A stretch of 64,000 nucleotides of DNA from Dehalococcoidia bacterium (GCA_009692705.1 SHYR01000003.1:5170-69169), one strand, 5' to 3'; counted from the stretch's first letter, positions 1-10,130 are shown. A program made the numbers and translations. Notes: generated from the sequence alone by a model not told the origin.

Positions 1-414
1 CGCGAGGTGCGGCGTGCCCCACGCGCGCGCCAGCTCGTCGCCCGCCTCCACGGACAGCCAGTAGTGCGAGTGCAGCAGGTCGTAGCGCAGCGCTTCGCGC
101 GCGCGGAACGCCTCCACCCCAGCGGCGAACTGCGCCGTGAACGGGATCATCGGTTCGTTCTCCAGCGGCTCCGCCGGCCCCGCGGCGACGTGCACGAGTC
201 GCGCGCCGGGCGCGATCAGCACCACCTCCGGCGTCGCCGGGGCGTCGCGGCGGGTGAATACATCGACAGCGACGCCGCCGGCGCCGAGCTGCTCGGCGAT
301 GCGCCGCACGTAGTAGTTCATGCCCCCGGCCTTACTGCTCCCCAGCGAGGCCAGCGGCGAGGTGTGCAGGGACAGCACCGCGATGCGAGTCAGGCGTGCC
401 ACCGGGACGGCCAC
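1..414 (-). CDS. Glycosyltransferase family 4 (GT-B fold, MshA/BshA-like), N-terminal part; gene runs off the left edge
   Basis: Own minus-strand translation from GTG at 414: VAVPVARLTRIAVLSLHTSPLASLGSSKAGGMNYYVRRIAEQLGAGGVAVDVFTRRDA..., a typical GT4 N-terminus. It is absent from the ORF track because it is truncated by the window edge. It starts 33 nt after the folE stop. Confidence 0.6.
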   Translation of the reverse strand, partial: MAVPVARLTRIAVLSLHTSPLASLGSSKAGGMNYYVRRIAEQLGAGGVAVDVFTRRDAPATPEVVLIAPGARLVHVAAGPAEPLENEPMIPFTAQFAAGVEAFRAREALRYDLLHSHYWLSVEAGDELARAWGTPHLA

Positions 415-446
415 CTCTCCCTGCTCGCGGCGCCGGGCGCGCCCGG

Positions 447-1109
447 CTAGCGGGCGCGGATCAACCCGAGGAACTCCTGCCGCGTGGCGGCGTCGCGCCG
501 GAACTGACCGCGCATCGAGGAAGTGACCATCGTCGCGCCCGACTTGCGCACGCCGCGCGCAGTCATGCAGCTATGCTCCGCCTCGATCACCACCCCGACG
601 CCCTTGGCGCCCAGCACCGACTCGATGCACTCGGCGAGTTGCGTCGTCAGGCGCTCCTGCACCTGCGGCCGACGCGCGAAGATGTCGAGCGCGCGCGCGA
701 TCTTGGAGAGCCCCACGATGCGCCCGTCCGGCAGGTAGCCGACGTGCGCCTCGCCGTGGAACGGCATGAAGTGATGCTCGCACATGGAGTAGAATGGAAT
801 CTGGCGCAGGATCACCATCTCGTCGTGACCGGCTTCGAAGCCCACGGAGAGCACAGCGGCTGGGTCCTGGCGCACCCCCTCGAACATCTCCTCGTACATC
901 TCGGCGATGCGACGGGGGGTGTCGCGCAGCCCCTCGCGCTCGGGGTCTTCGCCCAGCGCGCGGATCATCTCGCGCGCCAGCCGTTCGACCGTCGCGAGGT
1001 CTGGGGCGACCGGCACGGTGCTGGTCACAGGGCTGGTCACAGGCGCCTCGTTCCAGGCCCGGGAGGGCCACGCCGGCGGGCGCCCCTCGGCGTCCGCACC
1101 ATCGCCCAA
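447..1109 (-). CDS. folE: GTP cyclohydrolase I
   Basis: The 220-aa ORF carries the FolE core: [47 protein letters not shown]. The true start may lie downstream of the listed one. Confidence 0.9.
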   Translation of the reverse strand: MGDGADAEGRPPAWPSRAWNEAPVTSPVTSTVPVAPDLATVERLAREMIRALGEDPEREGLRDTPRRIAEMYEEMFEGVRQDPAAVLSVGFEAGHDEMVILRQIPFYSMCEHHFMPFHGEAHVGYLPDGRIVGLSKIARALDIFARRPQVQERLTTQLAECIESVLGAKGVGVVIEAEHSCMTARGVRKSGATMVTSSMRGQFRRDAATRQEFLGLIRAR

Positions 1110-1146
1110 AATCGTAGCACGCGACGCGGACCGCCCCCGCGCGCCG

Positions 1147-2220
1147 CTAGCTCCAGCCGAGAGCGCGCTCTACTGCCTCCACGTCGGCCGGCGCATCGTG
1201 GCGCACGGCTTCGATCGTGAGCGCGGTGTCGGGGTCCTTAAGGCCGCTGCCGGTGAGCACGCACACGGCGGTGCGCCCGGCGAACCGGGCGCCGGCGCGC
1301 GCCTGCGCGAACAGCCCGGCGACCGACGCGGCCGAGGCGGGCTCGCAGAAGATGCCCTCCTCGCGGGGCAGGCGGCGATAGGCTTCGAGGATCTCGTCGT
1401 CGGTGACCGCGGCGATGCGCCCGCCGGAGGCGTCGCGCGCCTCGATCGCACCCTGCCAGGAGGCGGGGTTGCCGATGCGGATCGCGCTCGCCACCGTCTC
1501 CGGGCGCTCCACCGGCGCGCCGAGCACCAGCGGCGCGGCGCCGGCGGCCTGGAAGCCCCACATCTGCGGGCGCCGCCGCGCGCGCTCCAGCCGGTAGTAC
1601 TGCTCGAACCCCCGCCAGTAGGCCGTGATGTTACCGGCGTTCCCCACCGGGATGCTGAGCACGTCCGGCGCGTCCGCGAGCTCGTCCACGATCTCGAACG
1701 CCGCCGTCTTCTGCCCCTCCAGTCGGTAAGGGTTCACCGAGTTCACGAGCGCGACGTGGTGCCGCTCGGCGAGCGCGCGCGCGATGCGCAGCGCATCGTC
1801 GAAGGAGCCGTCGATATGCACAATCTCCGCACCGTGAGCGATCGCCTGCGCGAGCTTGCCCGCCGCGATGCGCCCCGCCGGCACCAGCACGAACGCGTCC
1901 AGCCCGTGCAGCGCCGCGTACGCCGCCGCCGATGCCGACGTGTTGCCCGTCGACGCGCACAGCACCGCGGTCGCGCCATCCTCCACTGCCTTCGCCACCG
2001 CCACCACCATGCCGCGGTCCTTGAACGAGCCGGTGGGGTTCATGAAGTCGAGCTTGAAGTAGAGTGCGTCCAGCCCCAGCTCCGGCCCCAGCACGCGCGA
2101 CCGCACCAGCGGCGTGTCGCCCTCGCCGAGCGAGAGCCGCGGCGTGCGCTCGCTCAGCGGCAGCAGATCCGCGTAGCGCTCCAGGATCGACCGCGGCACA
2201 TCGCGCTTCCCCGCCGTCAT
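1147..2220 (-). CDS. thrC: Threonine synthase (short form)
   Basis: 357 aa. PLP-lysine motif [10 protein letters not shown], then [15 protein letters not shown] and [13 protein letters not shown]. It lies in an operon with hom. Confidence 0.9.
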   Translation of the reverse strand: MTAGKRDVPRSILERYADLLPLSERTPRLSLGEGDTPLVRSRVLGPELGLDALYFKLDFMNPTGSFKDRGMVVAVAKAVEDGATAVLCASTGNTSASAAAYAALHGLDAFVLVPAGRIAAGKLAQAIAHGAEIVHIDGSFDDALRIARALAERHHVALVNSVNPYRLEGQKTAAFEIVDELADAPDVLSIPVGNAGNITAYWRGFEQYYRLERARRRPQMWGFQAAGAAPLVLGAPVERPETVASAIRIGNPASWQGAIEARDASGGRIAAVTDDEILEAYRRLPREEGIFCEPASAASVAGLFAQARAGARFAGRTAVCVLTGSGLKDPDTALTIEAVRHDAPADVEAVERALGWS

Positions 2221-3281
2221 CGCGCTGCCCCTGCCGCCGGCTGATCCGGCGGCTGCTCGATGCGCTCCGCGAAGCGCACCAGCAGCTCGCGCGCGCGCCG
2301 CCCGCTGCGCTCGATCTCGTCCACCTCGCGGCGTCCGGCCTCCAGTTCCACCTCGGTCCAGCGCCGAAACTGCTCCAGCACCAGCAGCCGCTGCGCCTCC
2401 AGCGCCTCGGCGAGCGCGCGCAGGCGGTTCTGCGCGGCGCCGGCCTGCTGGTGCAGCATCAGGCGCTCATCGACGCTCGACGTCAGATCGCGGCGCAGTT
2501 GCTCCAGCGTCTCCTCCACCGCGGCGAACCGCTGCTCCACACGCTGGCGCGTCGCGCGCTGCTGCTCCACCAGCTCGCGCAACTCCCCCTCCACCGTGCG
2601 CGCCGCGCGCAACGCCGCCACGGCGTCTTCCAACCGCCGGTGCTCCTCCGCCGCACCGCGCACGCACACAGCGAGGTCCGCGACCGCGGAACGCAGCTCC
2701 GGCAGCTGGGCGAGCGCGCGCGCGCGCTCGTCGCGCGTCGCCCGCGCCGCGTCGCGCTCAGCGCCCCCGGCCTCCTCCAGCGCCTCGACGCGCGCCACAA
2801 GCGACCGCACCTCGAGCCCCTGCGCCCCGAGATCAGTGGCGAGCCGGCGCCGCTGCTCGCCGTCGGAGGCGAGATGCTGCTCGGCCGCCGCCAGCCACGC
2901 GGCGAGCTGTTCCACGCCGCGCTCGGCCGCCGCCAGCTGCTCGTGCTCGGCCTGCGCGCGGCGGTCGCCGACGGCGGCGTGCTGGCGCCGCAGCTCCGCC
3001 TCCGCCTCGCTGCGCTCTGCGAGCGCGCCCAGCTCCTGCCTCAACTCGCGCGCGGCGTCCTGCCCCGCCTCGTGCCGGCGCGTGCGCCCGTCCAGCAGCG
3101 CCAGCGACTCATGCAACCGCACCAGCTCGGCCTGCTGGGCGGCAAGCGCCGCCTGCACGCGGGCCAGCTCGTGCGTCAGTTCATCCACCCGCGCGCGCGC
3201 GCGTTGCAGCTCGTCGCCGATCCAGCCGCCGCGGGCACGCTCCGCCTCGGCCGCTCCGGCGACAGCCGGCTCGCCGGTCAT
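2217..3281 (-). CDS. Ala/Glu/Arg/Leu-rich coiled-coil protein of unknown function, translationally coupled between hom and thrC
   Basis: Start taken at MTGEPAVAG (ATG 3281, 1 nt after the hom stop). The stop overlaps the thrC start (ATGA at 2217-2220). GC3 is high in this frame. There is no recognisable enzymatic motif, only long heptad-like AELxRL repeats. Confidence 0.55.
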   Translation of the reverse strand: MTGEPAVAGAAEAERARGGWIGDELQRARARVDELTHELARVQAALAAQQAELVRLHESLALLDGRTRRHEAGQDAARELRQELGALAERSEAEAELRRQHAAVGDRRAQAEHEQLAAAERGVEQLAAWLAAAEQHLASDGEQRRRLATDLGAQGLEVRSLVARVEALEEAGGAERDAARATRDERARALAQLPELRSAVADLAVCVRGAAEEHRRLEDAVAALRAARTVEGELRELVEQQRATRQRVEQRFAAVEETLEQLRRDLTSSVDERLMLHQQAGAAQNRLRALAEALEAQRLLVLEQFRRWTEVELEAGRREVDEIERSGRRARELLVRFAERIEQPPDQPAAGAAR

Positions 3282-3282
3282 C

Positions 3283-4587
3283 TCAGCCCGCCATCTGCAG
3301 CACGCTGCCGATCTCCACCACCTCGTCGAGCTCGCGGATCGTGGCGAGCGCGGCGTCCAGACGCCCACCGCGCGCCTTGTGCGTGGTGATCACCAGCTCC
3401 GCCGTGCGTGCATCCTCATCCACCTCGAACTGCACCACCGAGGCGATGCTGATGTCGTTGTCGCCCAGCGCCCCCGCGATCTTCGCCAGCACGCCCGCGC
3501 GGTCCGCGACCGTCACCCGCATGTAGTAGCGCGACTCCTGCTCCGACGGCGGCCGCACGACCGCCTTGCGATAACGGATCGCCTCCAGCGGACCACGACC
3601 GGCGACGACATCGCGCGCCACGTCGAGCACGTCGGCCAGCACCGCGCTGGCGGTCGGCTTCGGCCCGGCGCCCGGGCCCTCGAACAACACGCGGCCGACG
3701 AGGTCGCCCTCCACCTGCACCGCATTCAGCACGCCGTCCACCTTGCCCAGCGGCTCCTCGTAGGCGATGAGCGTCGGGCGCACCGAGACATCGAGCGCGC
3801 CGTCGACCAGCCGCCCACTGGCCAGCAGCTTGATCGTGTAGCCAAGCTCGTCGGCGTAGCGGAAGTCGCGCGCGGAGAGCCCGCTGATCCCCTGCCGCGC
3901 GATATCGTCGGGCGACACCGTGACGTGGAACGCGAGCCCGCAGAGGATCGCCAGCTTATACGCGGCGTCGATGCCCTCGACATCGTCCGTCGGATCCGGT
4001 TCCGCGTAGCCCAGGCGCTGCGCCTCGGCCAGTGCCTCCGCGTAGTCGCTGCCCTCGTAGGTCATCGCCGTGAGCACGTAGTTGGTGGTGCCGTTGATGA
4101 TCGCCGTCACCGCCGTGATCTCATTCGCCAGCAGGTCGCGCCCCAGCGGCCGCACGATCGGGATGCCGCCGCCCACCGACGCCTCGTACAGCAGCCGCAC
4201 GCCGTGCTCCGAGGCGAGCTCGAGCAGCTCGGGGCCGCACTTCGCCATCACCTCCTTGTTCGCCGTCACCACGTGGCGGCCGGAGGCCAGCGCGCGCGCG
4301 ATGTATTCGCGGGCGGGGTGCTCTCCACCCATCAGCTCCACGACGATCTGGGTCCGCTCGTCCTCCAGCACGTCCTCGAAGCGGTCGGTGAGCGCGCCCG
4401 CGGGCGCGCCCGCGCGCGGGCGCGCGCGGGCGCGCACCAGCACGCGCCGCAGCTCCAGCGGCCGGCCCACGCGCGCAGCGTAGCGCTCTGCGCCACGCTG
4501 CAGCGCCGCCAGCACGCCCGCGCCGACGTTGCCGGCGCCCAGCAGCGAGACGCCGATCGGCTCCATCGGCTCGCTCGCTTCGCTCAT
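3283..4587 (-). CDS. hom: Homoserine dehydrogenase with C-terminal ACT domain
   Basis: GVSLLGAGNVGAGV (NAD-binding), VVTANKEVMA, LLYEASVGGGIPI, and an ACT-like tail (YYMRVTVADRAGVLAKIAGALGDNDISI). Start taken at MSEASEP, which overlaps the upstream stop. Confidence 0.9.
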   Translation of the reverse strand: MSEASEPMEPIGVSLLGAGNVGAGVLAALQRGAERYAARVGRPLELRRVLVRARARPRAGAPAGALTDRFEDVLEDERTQIVVELMGGEHPAREYIARALASGRHVVTANKEVMAKCGPELLELASEHGVRLLYEASVGGGIPIVRPLGRDLLANEITAVTAIINGTTNYVLTAMTYEGSDYAEALAEAQRLGYAEPDPTDDVEGIDAAYKLAILCGLAFHVTVSPDDIARQGISGLSARDFRYADELGYTIKLLASGRLVDGALDVSVRPTLIAYEEPLGKVDGVLNAVQVEGDLVGRVLFEGPGAGPKPTASAVLADVLDVARDVVAGRGPLEAIRYRKAVVRPPSEQESRYYMRVTVADRAGVLAKIAGALGDNDISIASVVQFEVDEDARTAELVITTHKARGGRLDAALATIRELDEVVEIGSVLQMAG

Positions 4588-5594
4588 CGCACCTCTCCTG
4601 CCGCCGCACGCAAACGGGCGCGCACGCGCTCCTCGATCCATCCTCGCTCGCCGCCCGAGAGGTTGCTGCGCACGCCCGCCTCCCGCCGCGCCCCCGTCAG
4701 CCAGTCCTGGTACTGGCGCTCCGTGATGCGCGCGATCTGCGGCTCGTCCAACGCACGCGCCTGCTCGCGCCCGTCGACGCGGTAGAGACCGTAGAACGCG
4801 CCGCTGCGCACCAGCGCCGAGAAGCCGCCGACCGCCACCGCATCGAGGCTCTTCGCAGCCTCCTCGTCCAGCAGCATGGCGGGCAGCCAGCCCAGGTCGC
4901 CGCCGCTCGCCGCGGTGGCCGGATCCGGGTTGTGCGCCGCCGCAGCCTGCGCGAAGTCGCCGCCCGCGATCAACTGCTCGCGCACCCGCTGCGCCGTCGC
5001 CTCGTCGGAGAAGCGGATGCGCATCAGCTTTAGCTGCGGCGCCTGCGCGGGCACCTCGGCGCGGAAGCGATCGCGCATGCGCTGCGCGAGCACGCGCGCC
5101 CGCATGATGTCGTCGAACTCCGTGCGCGTCAGCCCGGAGATGTCCAGCGCGCGGCCGATCACCGTCTGCAGGTCGGCCCGCGCGAAGGCTGGATTGCCCG
5201 TGTCGGCCAGCCTGAACAACACCTTCACCGACTGCTCGATGTCGTCCGCGGTCGGCGCGGCGACCAGCGCGGGGGCGCGCTCGCGCAGCGCGACCTCCTC
5301 GGCGAGCCGGTCGAGCGCCGTTTCCGCCGGTGAAGGGCTACCGCCCGCGCTCTCGAAGGCCACCATGTAGGTGGCGCGGCTCGCCACCGCCGCGGCATCG
5401 AAATCGCTACCGCCCACGGTCAGCACATGCGCGTGCGGCGCGCGGTACTGGGTGACGTAGACGCCTGCCCCGATGATGGCTGCCACGGCCGCGAGCAGTG
5501 CGCCAGCGACCCACAGCACCTGCCGCTGGCGTCGTTGCGCCGCCCTGAGAGCCGCCCGTCTCCCCGAAGCCGCGGACTGCGTCCTGCCGGCCAC
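4584..5594 (-). CDS. Membrane-anchored parvulin-type peptidyl-prolyl isomerase (PpiC/SurA-like)
   Basis: N-terminal TM helix (VLWVAGALLAAVAAIIGAGVYV). C-terminal PpiC-like block: MRIRFSDEATAQRVREQLIAGGDFAQAAAAHNPDPATAASGGDLGWL. Confidence 0.7.
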   Translation of the reverse strand: MAGRTQSAASGRRAALRAAQRRQRQVLWVAGALLAAVAAIIGAGVYVTQYRAPHAHVLTVGGSDFDAAAVASRATYMVAFESAGGSPSPAETALDRLAEEVALRERAPALVAAPTADDIEQSVKVLFRLADTGNPAFARADLQTVIGRALDISGLTRTEFDDIMRARVLAQRMRDRFRAEVPAQAPQLKLMRIRFSDEATAQRVREQLIAGGDFAQAAAAHNPDPATAASGGDLGWLPAMLLDEEAAKSLDAVAVGGFSALVRSGAFYGLYRVDGREQARALDEPQIARITERQYQDWLTGARREAGVRSNLSGGERGWIEERVRARLRAAAGEVR

Positions 5595-5670
5595 CGCGCG
5601 TTCCCCTTCACCCCGCCAGCGAGGTCGGACCGGGGAGCTGCGGCGGCGCGCGGCCCGGCGGGACCGTCCG

Positions 5671-6087
5671 CTAGTAGCGCCTACTGCTGCCGGCCTGCAC
5701 GCCCGTCACGCGGATGTGCTCAGCGGTGTAGGGGAGCAACGCCATGAAGCGGGCGCGCTTCACGGCATTGCGCACCCAGCGCTGGTGCTTGGCGCAGGTG
5801 CCGACCTTGCGCCGCGGCTCGAGCTTGCCGCGGTCACCGACGTAGTGCCTCAGCCGGCCCACGTCCTTGTAGTCGAGCACGCTGATCTTGTTCACACAGA
5901 ACTCGCAGCCGCGCCGGCGCGCGCTAAAGCGCCGTCCGCCGCCATCGTCGTCGCGACCGCCGCGATCGCCGCGATCGTCACGGTCGCGTCCCTCGCGGCG
6001 CTCGCCCGTGCGCACCAGCGCGCGGCCCGCGCGCTCGCCAGCGGCCTGCTCGCCGCCATTGTCGCGTGTCTCGGGGTCGTTCGTCAT
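5671..6087 (-). CDS. rpsR: 30S ribosomal protein S18 with about 60-aa Arg/Asp/Gly-rich N-terminal extension
   Basis: C-terminal S18 core: CEFCVNKISVLDYKDVGRLRHYVGDRGKLEPRRKVGTCAKHQRWVRNAVKRARFMALLPY. It is part of the rpsF-ssb-rpsR gene order. Confidence 0.85.
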   Translation of the reverse strand: MTNDPETRDNGGEQAAGERAGRALVRTGERREGRDRDDRGDRGGRDDDGGGRRFSARRRGCEFCVNKISVLDYKDVGRLRHYVGDRGKLEPRRKVGTCAKHQRWVRNAVKRARFMALLPYTAEHIRVTGVQAGSSRRY

Positions 6088-6144
6088 TCGCTCGCGCTCA
6101 CTTCTTCTCCGCCACCGCGGCCGGTGCCCGGCTCCCCGGCCTGA

Positions 6145-6558
6145 TCAGAACGGCAGATCGTCTGCCTCGAGATCGCCCTCGCCGTCGGCGCCCACCGGCA
6201 GGCCCGGCGAAGCGGCTGCGCCGCTGCTCTCGCCGCGGCCCCCGAGGAACTGCACGTTGTCCGCGCGCAGCTCCCATGCGTAGTGCTTCTGCCCGTCTTG
6301 CCCGTCCCAGGAACGCGTCACGATGCGTCCCTCGACCAGCACGGCGCGACCCTTCTGCAGGTACTGGGCGCATGTCTCCGCCAGGCGCTCCCACGCCACC
6401 ACGCGGAACCACGTCGTGTCGTCGCGCCGCTCGCCTTCCTGCCCGCCGGCCCGGCGGTTCACCGCTACGTTGAACGTCGTCACGGCCTGGCCGTTGGCCG
6501 TGTACCGCATCTCCGGATCGGCCCCGAGGTTGCCGGCGATGATTACGCGCTGGAACAA
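6145..6558 (-). CDS. ssb: Single-stranded DNA-binding protein
   Basis: OB-fold N-terminus (MFQRVIIAGNLGADPEMRYTANGQAVTTFNVAVN...WFRVVAWERLAE) and an acidic tail ending DDLPF. Confidence 0.9.
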   Translation of the reverse strand: MFQRVIIAGNLGADPEMRYTANGQAVTTFNVAVNRRAGGQEGERRDDTTWFRVVAWERLAETCAQYLQKGRAVLVEGRIVTRSWDGQDGQKHYAWELRADNVQFLGGRGESSGAAASPGLPVGADGEGDLEADDLPF

Positions 6559-6609
6559 TGAAGCCCCCTCCGCTCGCGGGGAGACGCCCGGTCCACGCCC
6601 TGCGGCGGC

Positions 6610-7047
6610 CTACTCCGCCCCCACGGTGGCCGGTGATGGTTCCGCGACCGGCCCGGAGTCTCCGCCGGCATCCGGGCGCGAATCGGCCTCCCGCGGCGCG
6701 CTCACGCGCTCCTCGGACCCCCGGCTCACCGCTCCGGCGTCGCGGTCGTCCTCGCCGAGCGGGATGATGCCACGGATCAGGATGTGCCGCATGATGTCCT
6801 CGGAAATCGTGAGCTGCGACTCCAGCGCGCGCGTCGCCTCCGGCGGCAGGCGCAGCGTCACCAGGATGTAGGTGCCCTCGAGCTCGTGCTGGATCGGGTA
6901 GGCCAGCCGCTGCCGGCCCCAGTCGTCCGCCGTGAGCATCTCGCCGCCGACCTGCCGCACTACGCCGTTCACCCATTCGACCACGCCGGGCACGTCGTCG
7001 GCGCCCTTGCGGGGGTGGACGATGTACAGCAGCTCGTACTCGTTCAA
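6610..7047 (-). CDS. rpsF: 30S ribosomal protein S6 with acidic/Pro-rich C-terminal extension
   Basis: NEYELLYIVHP...WGRQRLAYPIQHELEGTYILV. TTG start with a GGAGG 6 nt upstream. Confidence 0.9.
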   Translation of the reverse strand: MNEYELLYIVHPRKGADDVPGVVEWVNGVVRQVGGEMLTADDWGRQRLAYPIQHELEGTYILVTLRLPPEATRALESQLTISEDIMRHILIRGIIPLGEDDRDAGAVSRGSEERVSAPREADSRPDAGGDSGPVAEPSPATVGAE

Positions 7048-7192
7048 GCGAACCTCCGCCGGTAGCAGCGTCGCGTACCGGGCGCCCCATGCGCCCGACG
7101 CGCCGCACCAGATCAGTGGCCCCCGAGATGAGCGTGCCCGGCGCCGTTCAGCGCCCGGGCCACGGCAGTCGCTGCGGACCCACAGCCGAAGC

Positions 7193-7222
7193 AGTATAGG
7201 GAATGCCCCGCCGGGGGGTCAA
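7193..7222 (-). promoter_or_regulatory. Sigma-70-like promoter for rpsF-ssb-rpsR (-35 TTGACC, 18-nt spacer, -10 TATACT)
   Basis: The minus strand reads TTGACCccccggcggggcattcccTATACT. The -10 maps to plus-strand 7193-7198 and the -35 to 7217-7222. It sits about 145 nt upstream of the rpsF start. Confidence 0.45.
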
Positions 7223-7482
7223 CGAAAAAAATGACCGGGTAGCTGGCAGGACTCCGGTAGCCGGTGCCCGATCTTCGCTTCATGGGCGCACTGGCTCCCC
7301 ACGTCGGGGCAAAAGCCGTGCTCTTGCCCGCTCACGACGAACTCGACCACCGTGTAGTTCCCTTGACCGGCGCATCTGCCGGACGGGTCACTGTGGACGG
7401 TTGTGACGATCGCAGACGATTCGCTGGACGCGCGGTCATGGGCGACCCAACCGCCGCCGAAGGCTGCTAGAACGATAGCCAC
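7219..7482 (-). CDS. Small hypothetical protein (possible N-terminal anchor, 4 Cys) in a lower-GC patch
   Basis: The 87-aa ORF is the only minus-strand ORF between glyA and the rpsF promoter. No family was recognised and the coding status is uncertain. Confidence 0.3.
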   Translation of the reverse strand: MAIVLAAFGGGWVAHDRASSESSAIVTTVHSDPSGRCAGQGNYTVVEFVVSGQEHGFCPDVGSQCAHEAKIGHRLPESCQLPGHFFR

Positions 7483-7575
7483 CGCAGAAACGGTGCGCGC
7501 TAGGCGGCGCTTCAGTTGCTTGTCCCCCCCCCGTGAACGCGCTCGCCGCTATCGTAGCGGCGGACGCCGCCGCGC

Positions 7576-8838
7576 TCACGCCGCGGGCACGCCCGGCGCC
7601 GGGTGCGCGGCGCACAGTTCCAGCACCTGCGCCCGCACCCGCTTCGACACCGCCGCGTCCTCCGGCGCGCGCATCACCTCGGCGATCAGCGCGCCCACGC
7701 GCCGCATCTCCGCCACGCCGAACCCGCGCGAGGTAAGCGCGGGCGTGCCGATGCGGACGCCGGACGCGACCGCCGGCGGCAGCGTGTCGAACGGGATCGC
7801 GTTCTTGTTGACGATGATGCTCGCACGCTCCAGCGCGTCGGCGGCGCGCTGGCCGTCCAGCTTCAGCGGCGTCACATCCACCAGCAGCAGGTGCGTGTCG
7901 GTGCCGCCGCTGACGACGCGCAGCCCGGCGTCCACCAGCACCTCGCCGAGCGCCTGCGCGTTCTCCACGATCTGCGCGGCGTGGGCGCGGAACTCCGCCG
8001 TCGCGGCCTCCTTCAGCATCACCGCCTTGCCGGCGATGACGTGCATCAGCGGCCCGCCCTGCTCGCCCGGGAACACGCCACGGTCGATGCGGCGCGCGAA
8101 CGGGCGGTCGCAGAGGATCATGCCGCCGCGCGGGCCGCGCAGCGTCTTGTGCGTGGAGGTCGTGATCACCTGCGCGAAGCCGGCCGGGGAGGGATGCACG
8201 CCGCCCGCGACCAGACCGGAGATGTGCGCCATGTCCGCCATCAGCATGGCGCCGGCCGCGTCGGCGATCGCGCGCGCGCGCGCGAAATCGATGCGCCGCG
8301 GGTAGGCGGTGGCGCCGACCACGATCAGCTTCGGGCGGTGCTCCTGTGCCAGCGCCTCCATCTCGTCGTAGTCGATCAGCTCGCTCTCGCGCTGCACGCC
8401 GTAGGACACGAAGTGGTAGAGCTTGCCGCTGGCGTTGACGCTGTGCCCGTGCGTGAGGTGCCCGCCGGCATCGAGCTTCATCCCCATCACGGTGTCGCCT
8501 GGCTTCAGCAGCCCGATGTAAACCGAAAGATTCGCCTGCGTCCCAGAGTGCGGCTGCACGTTGGCGTGCTCCATGCCGAAGAGCGCCTTCGCGCGCTCGA
8601 TCGCCAGCGATTCCACCTGGTCCACGAACTCGTTGCCGTGGTAGTAGCGCGCGCCGGGGTAGCCCTCCGCGTACTTGTTCGTGAGCACGCTGCCCACCGC
8701 CTCGATCACGGCGGCGCTGGCGTAGTTCTCCGACGCGATCATCTCGAGCGATTCGCGCTGGCGTCGCTCCTCGTGGCCGATCATCGCGGCCACGTCCGGA
8801 TCGACCCGCACCAGCATCGGGTGTGCCTGCGTGCTCAT
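7576..8838 (-). CDS. glyA: Serine hydroxymethyltransferase
   Basis: 420 aa with [38 protein letters not shown] and [14 protein letters not shown] (PLP-Lys). Confidence 0.95.
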   Translation of the reverse strand: MSTQAHPMLVRVDPDVAAMIGHEERRQRESLEMIASENYASAAVIEAVGSVLTNKYAEGYPGARYYHGNEFVDQVESLAIERAKALFGMEHANVQPHSGTQANLSVYIGLLKPGDTVMGMKLDAGGHLTHGHSVNASGKLYHFVSYGVQRESELIDYDEMEALAQEHRPKLIVVGATAYPRRIDFARARAIADAAGAMLMADMAHISGLVAGGVHPSPAGFAQVITTSTHKTLRGPRGGMILCDRPFARRIDRGVFPGEQGGPLMHVIAGKAVMLKEAATAEFRAHAAQIVENAQALGEVLVDAGLRVVSGGTDTHLLLVDVTPLKLDGQRAADALERASIIVNKNAIPFDTLPPAVASGVRIGTPALTSRGFGVAEMRRVGALIAEVMRAPEDAAVSKRVRAQVLELCAAHPAPGVPAA

Positions 8839-8942
8839 CCCTGTCCCCCGTCACTCCCGCCACCGCGCACGCCGCGCGCCCGATGGACTGCCGATCGCAG
8901 GCCGACAGTATCGCAGCCGGGCGCTGAGCGCCGCCGCCGCCG

Positions 8943-10091
8943 TCAGGCGCCGGATGCACGCTCCCGTTCGCCCCACGCCCAGTCGTTGAGCAGCATCAGC
9001 ACGCCCGCCACCAGCGAATGGCCACCGAGCACCACCGGCACGGACGCGGCCGCCGCCTCCTCGGTCAGCGTGCGCAGCCCGCGGTCCGCGATCTCCCCCA
9101 CCAGCCCGAGGTCGGAGGCGAAGCGGTCGGCGCGCGAGGGCGCGAGGCCGAGCTGCACCAGCGCCGGCCGCGTGTCGATGAACGCCGCGTCGCAGAGCTC
9201 CGGCAGCAGCTCGCGGAAGAACCGCGCGGGCCCCACCGCCGCGATCAGCTGCCCGAGCAGCGAGCGCGCCTCGCCCCCGCTGTCGCGGCCGGCCGCGCCC
9301 ATGCCGCGCTCCTCGGCGAGCACGCGCACGCGGCAGGCAGTCTCGCGCTCTAGGTACTGCCAGCTGCGCGAGCTGACGCGGCCCGCCACCAGCACCTCCG
9401 CCTCGCGGTCGGTGAACGCCCTCGCCGCGCTCGCCAGCCGCTCGGTCGGCGGCGCCCAGCCCGCGAGCAGCGCGCCGAGCCGCGGTCCCGCGCTGCCGGC
9501 CAGCGCCAGCGCCGCAAGGTCGACCGGGGAGTCGAGGTTGAGCTGCGTGGCGAGGCTGCGCGGCAGCTCGCTCACGGCCACGCCGAGCTCCTCGTGCAGA
9601 CGGCGCGGCACCGCGTTGTCGGCGCCCGGCGCGGGGTCGAGCCGTGCCAGCAGCGCGGCCGGCGCGAGCGCGAAGAGGTCCGCGGAATAGAAGTTGTTGG
9701 TCACGCACACCGGTTCGCCCGGAGCCCCGCCGGCCACATCGCCCGCGACGCCGTCGGCCAGCGCCTCGAACTGCTCGCGGCCCAGCAGCGGCGCGCTGCC
9801 CCCGCCGAGGTACAGCAGGCGCTCAATGCCGTGGGCGGCGACCGCGCCGGCCAGCCGCCCGCCGTAGCTGAACGTCGTCCCGGGCGGGTCGAGGTCGACG
9901 ATCGTCCCGGCGGGGACGGGTAGCGACGGCACGCGATCGGCCAGCAGCAGCGCGCGCTCGAAGCGGCCGGTGGCGAGCGCCGCCTCGATGCCGTCGAGGG
10001 CGCTGGCCTCCAGCGCCCGGCGCAGCAGCGTCTCGAGCGGCCCGCCGTCCATGCCGCCGAGCATGACGACGAGCGAGAGCGGCGCGCTCAC
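8943..10091 (-). CDS. Hypothetical protein, 382 aa, no family recognised
   Basis: Long GC3-rich minus-strand ORF in line with its neighbours. No motif could be named. Confidence 0.5.
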   Translation of the reverse strand: MSAPLSLVVMLGGMDGGPLETLLRRALEASALDGIEAALATGRFERALLLADRVPSLPVPAGTIVDLDPPGTTFSYGGRLAGAVAAHGIERLLYLGGGSAPLLGREQFEALADGVAGDVAGGAPGEPVCVTNNFYSADLFALAPAALLARLDPAPGADNAVPRRLHEELGVAVSELPRSLATQLNLDSPVDLAALALAGSAGPRLGALLAGWAPPTERLASAARAFTDREAEVLVAGRVSSRSWQYLERETACRVRVLAEERGMGAAGRDSGGEARSLLGQLIAAVGPARFFRELLPELCDAAFIDTRPALVQLGLAPSRADRFASDLGLVGEIADRGLRTLTEEAAAASVPVVLGGHSLVAGVLMLLNDWAWGERERASGA

Positions 10092-10130
10092 GGCGGCGCC
10101 GGGGTGAGCGGGGGCGGGACGCGACGCGGG

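Noticed and set aside
7-450. 147-aa plus-strand ORF at the left edge.
   Set aside because: It is antisense to a clear GT4 glycosyltransferase N-terminus read from GTG 414 on the minus strand.
4398-4445. GC-rich quasi-palindrome (gcgcccgcgggcgcgcccgcgcgcgggcgcgcgcgggcgcgc) inside hom.
   Set aside because: It is translated in frame as a short Arg/Ala/Pro loop (RARARPRAGAPAGA) between conserved Hom blocks. This is most simply a compositional low-complexity insertion, not a separate element.
2260-4785. 841-aa plus-strand ORF. Similar giant ORFs occur at 7603-9690, 15205-17325, 31465-33528 and 50963-53953.
   Set aside because: These are shadow ORFs typical of very GC-rich DNA. They lie antisense to genes with clear family motifs (hom, glyA, dnaB, purM/purF, xdhC/ychF). 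They are Arg/Ala/Pro/Ser-rich with no motifs, and their codon third positions are not GC-enriched.
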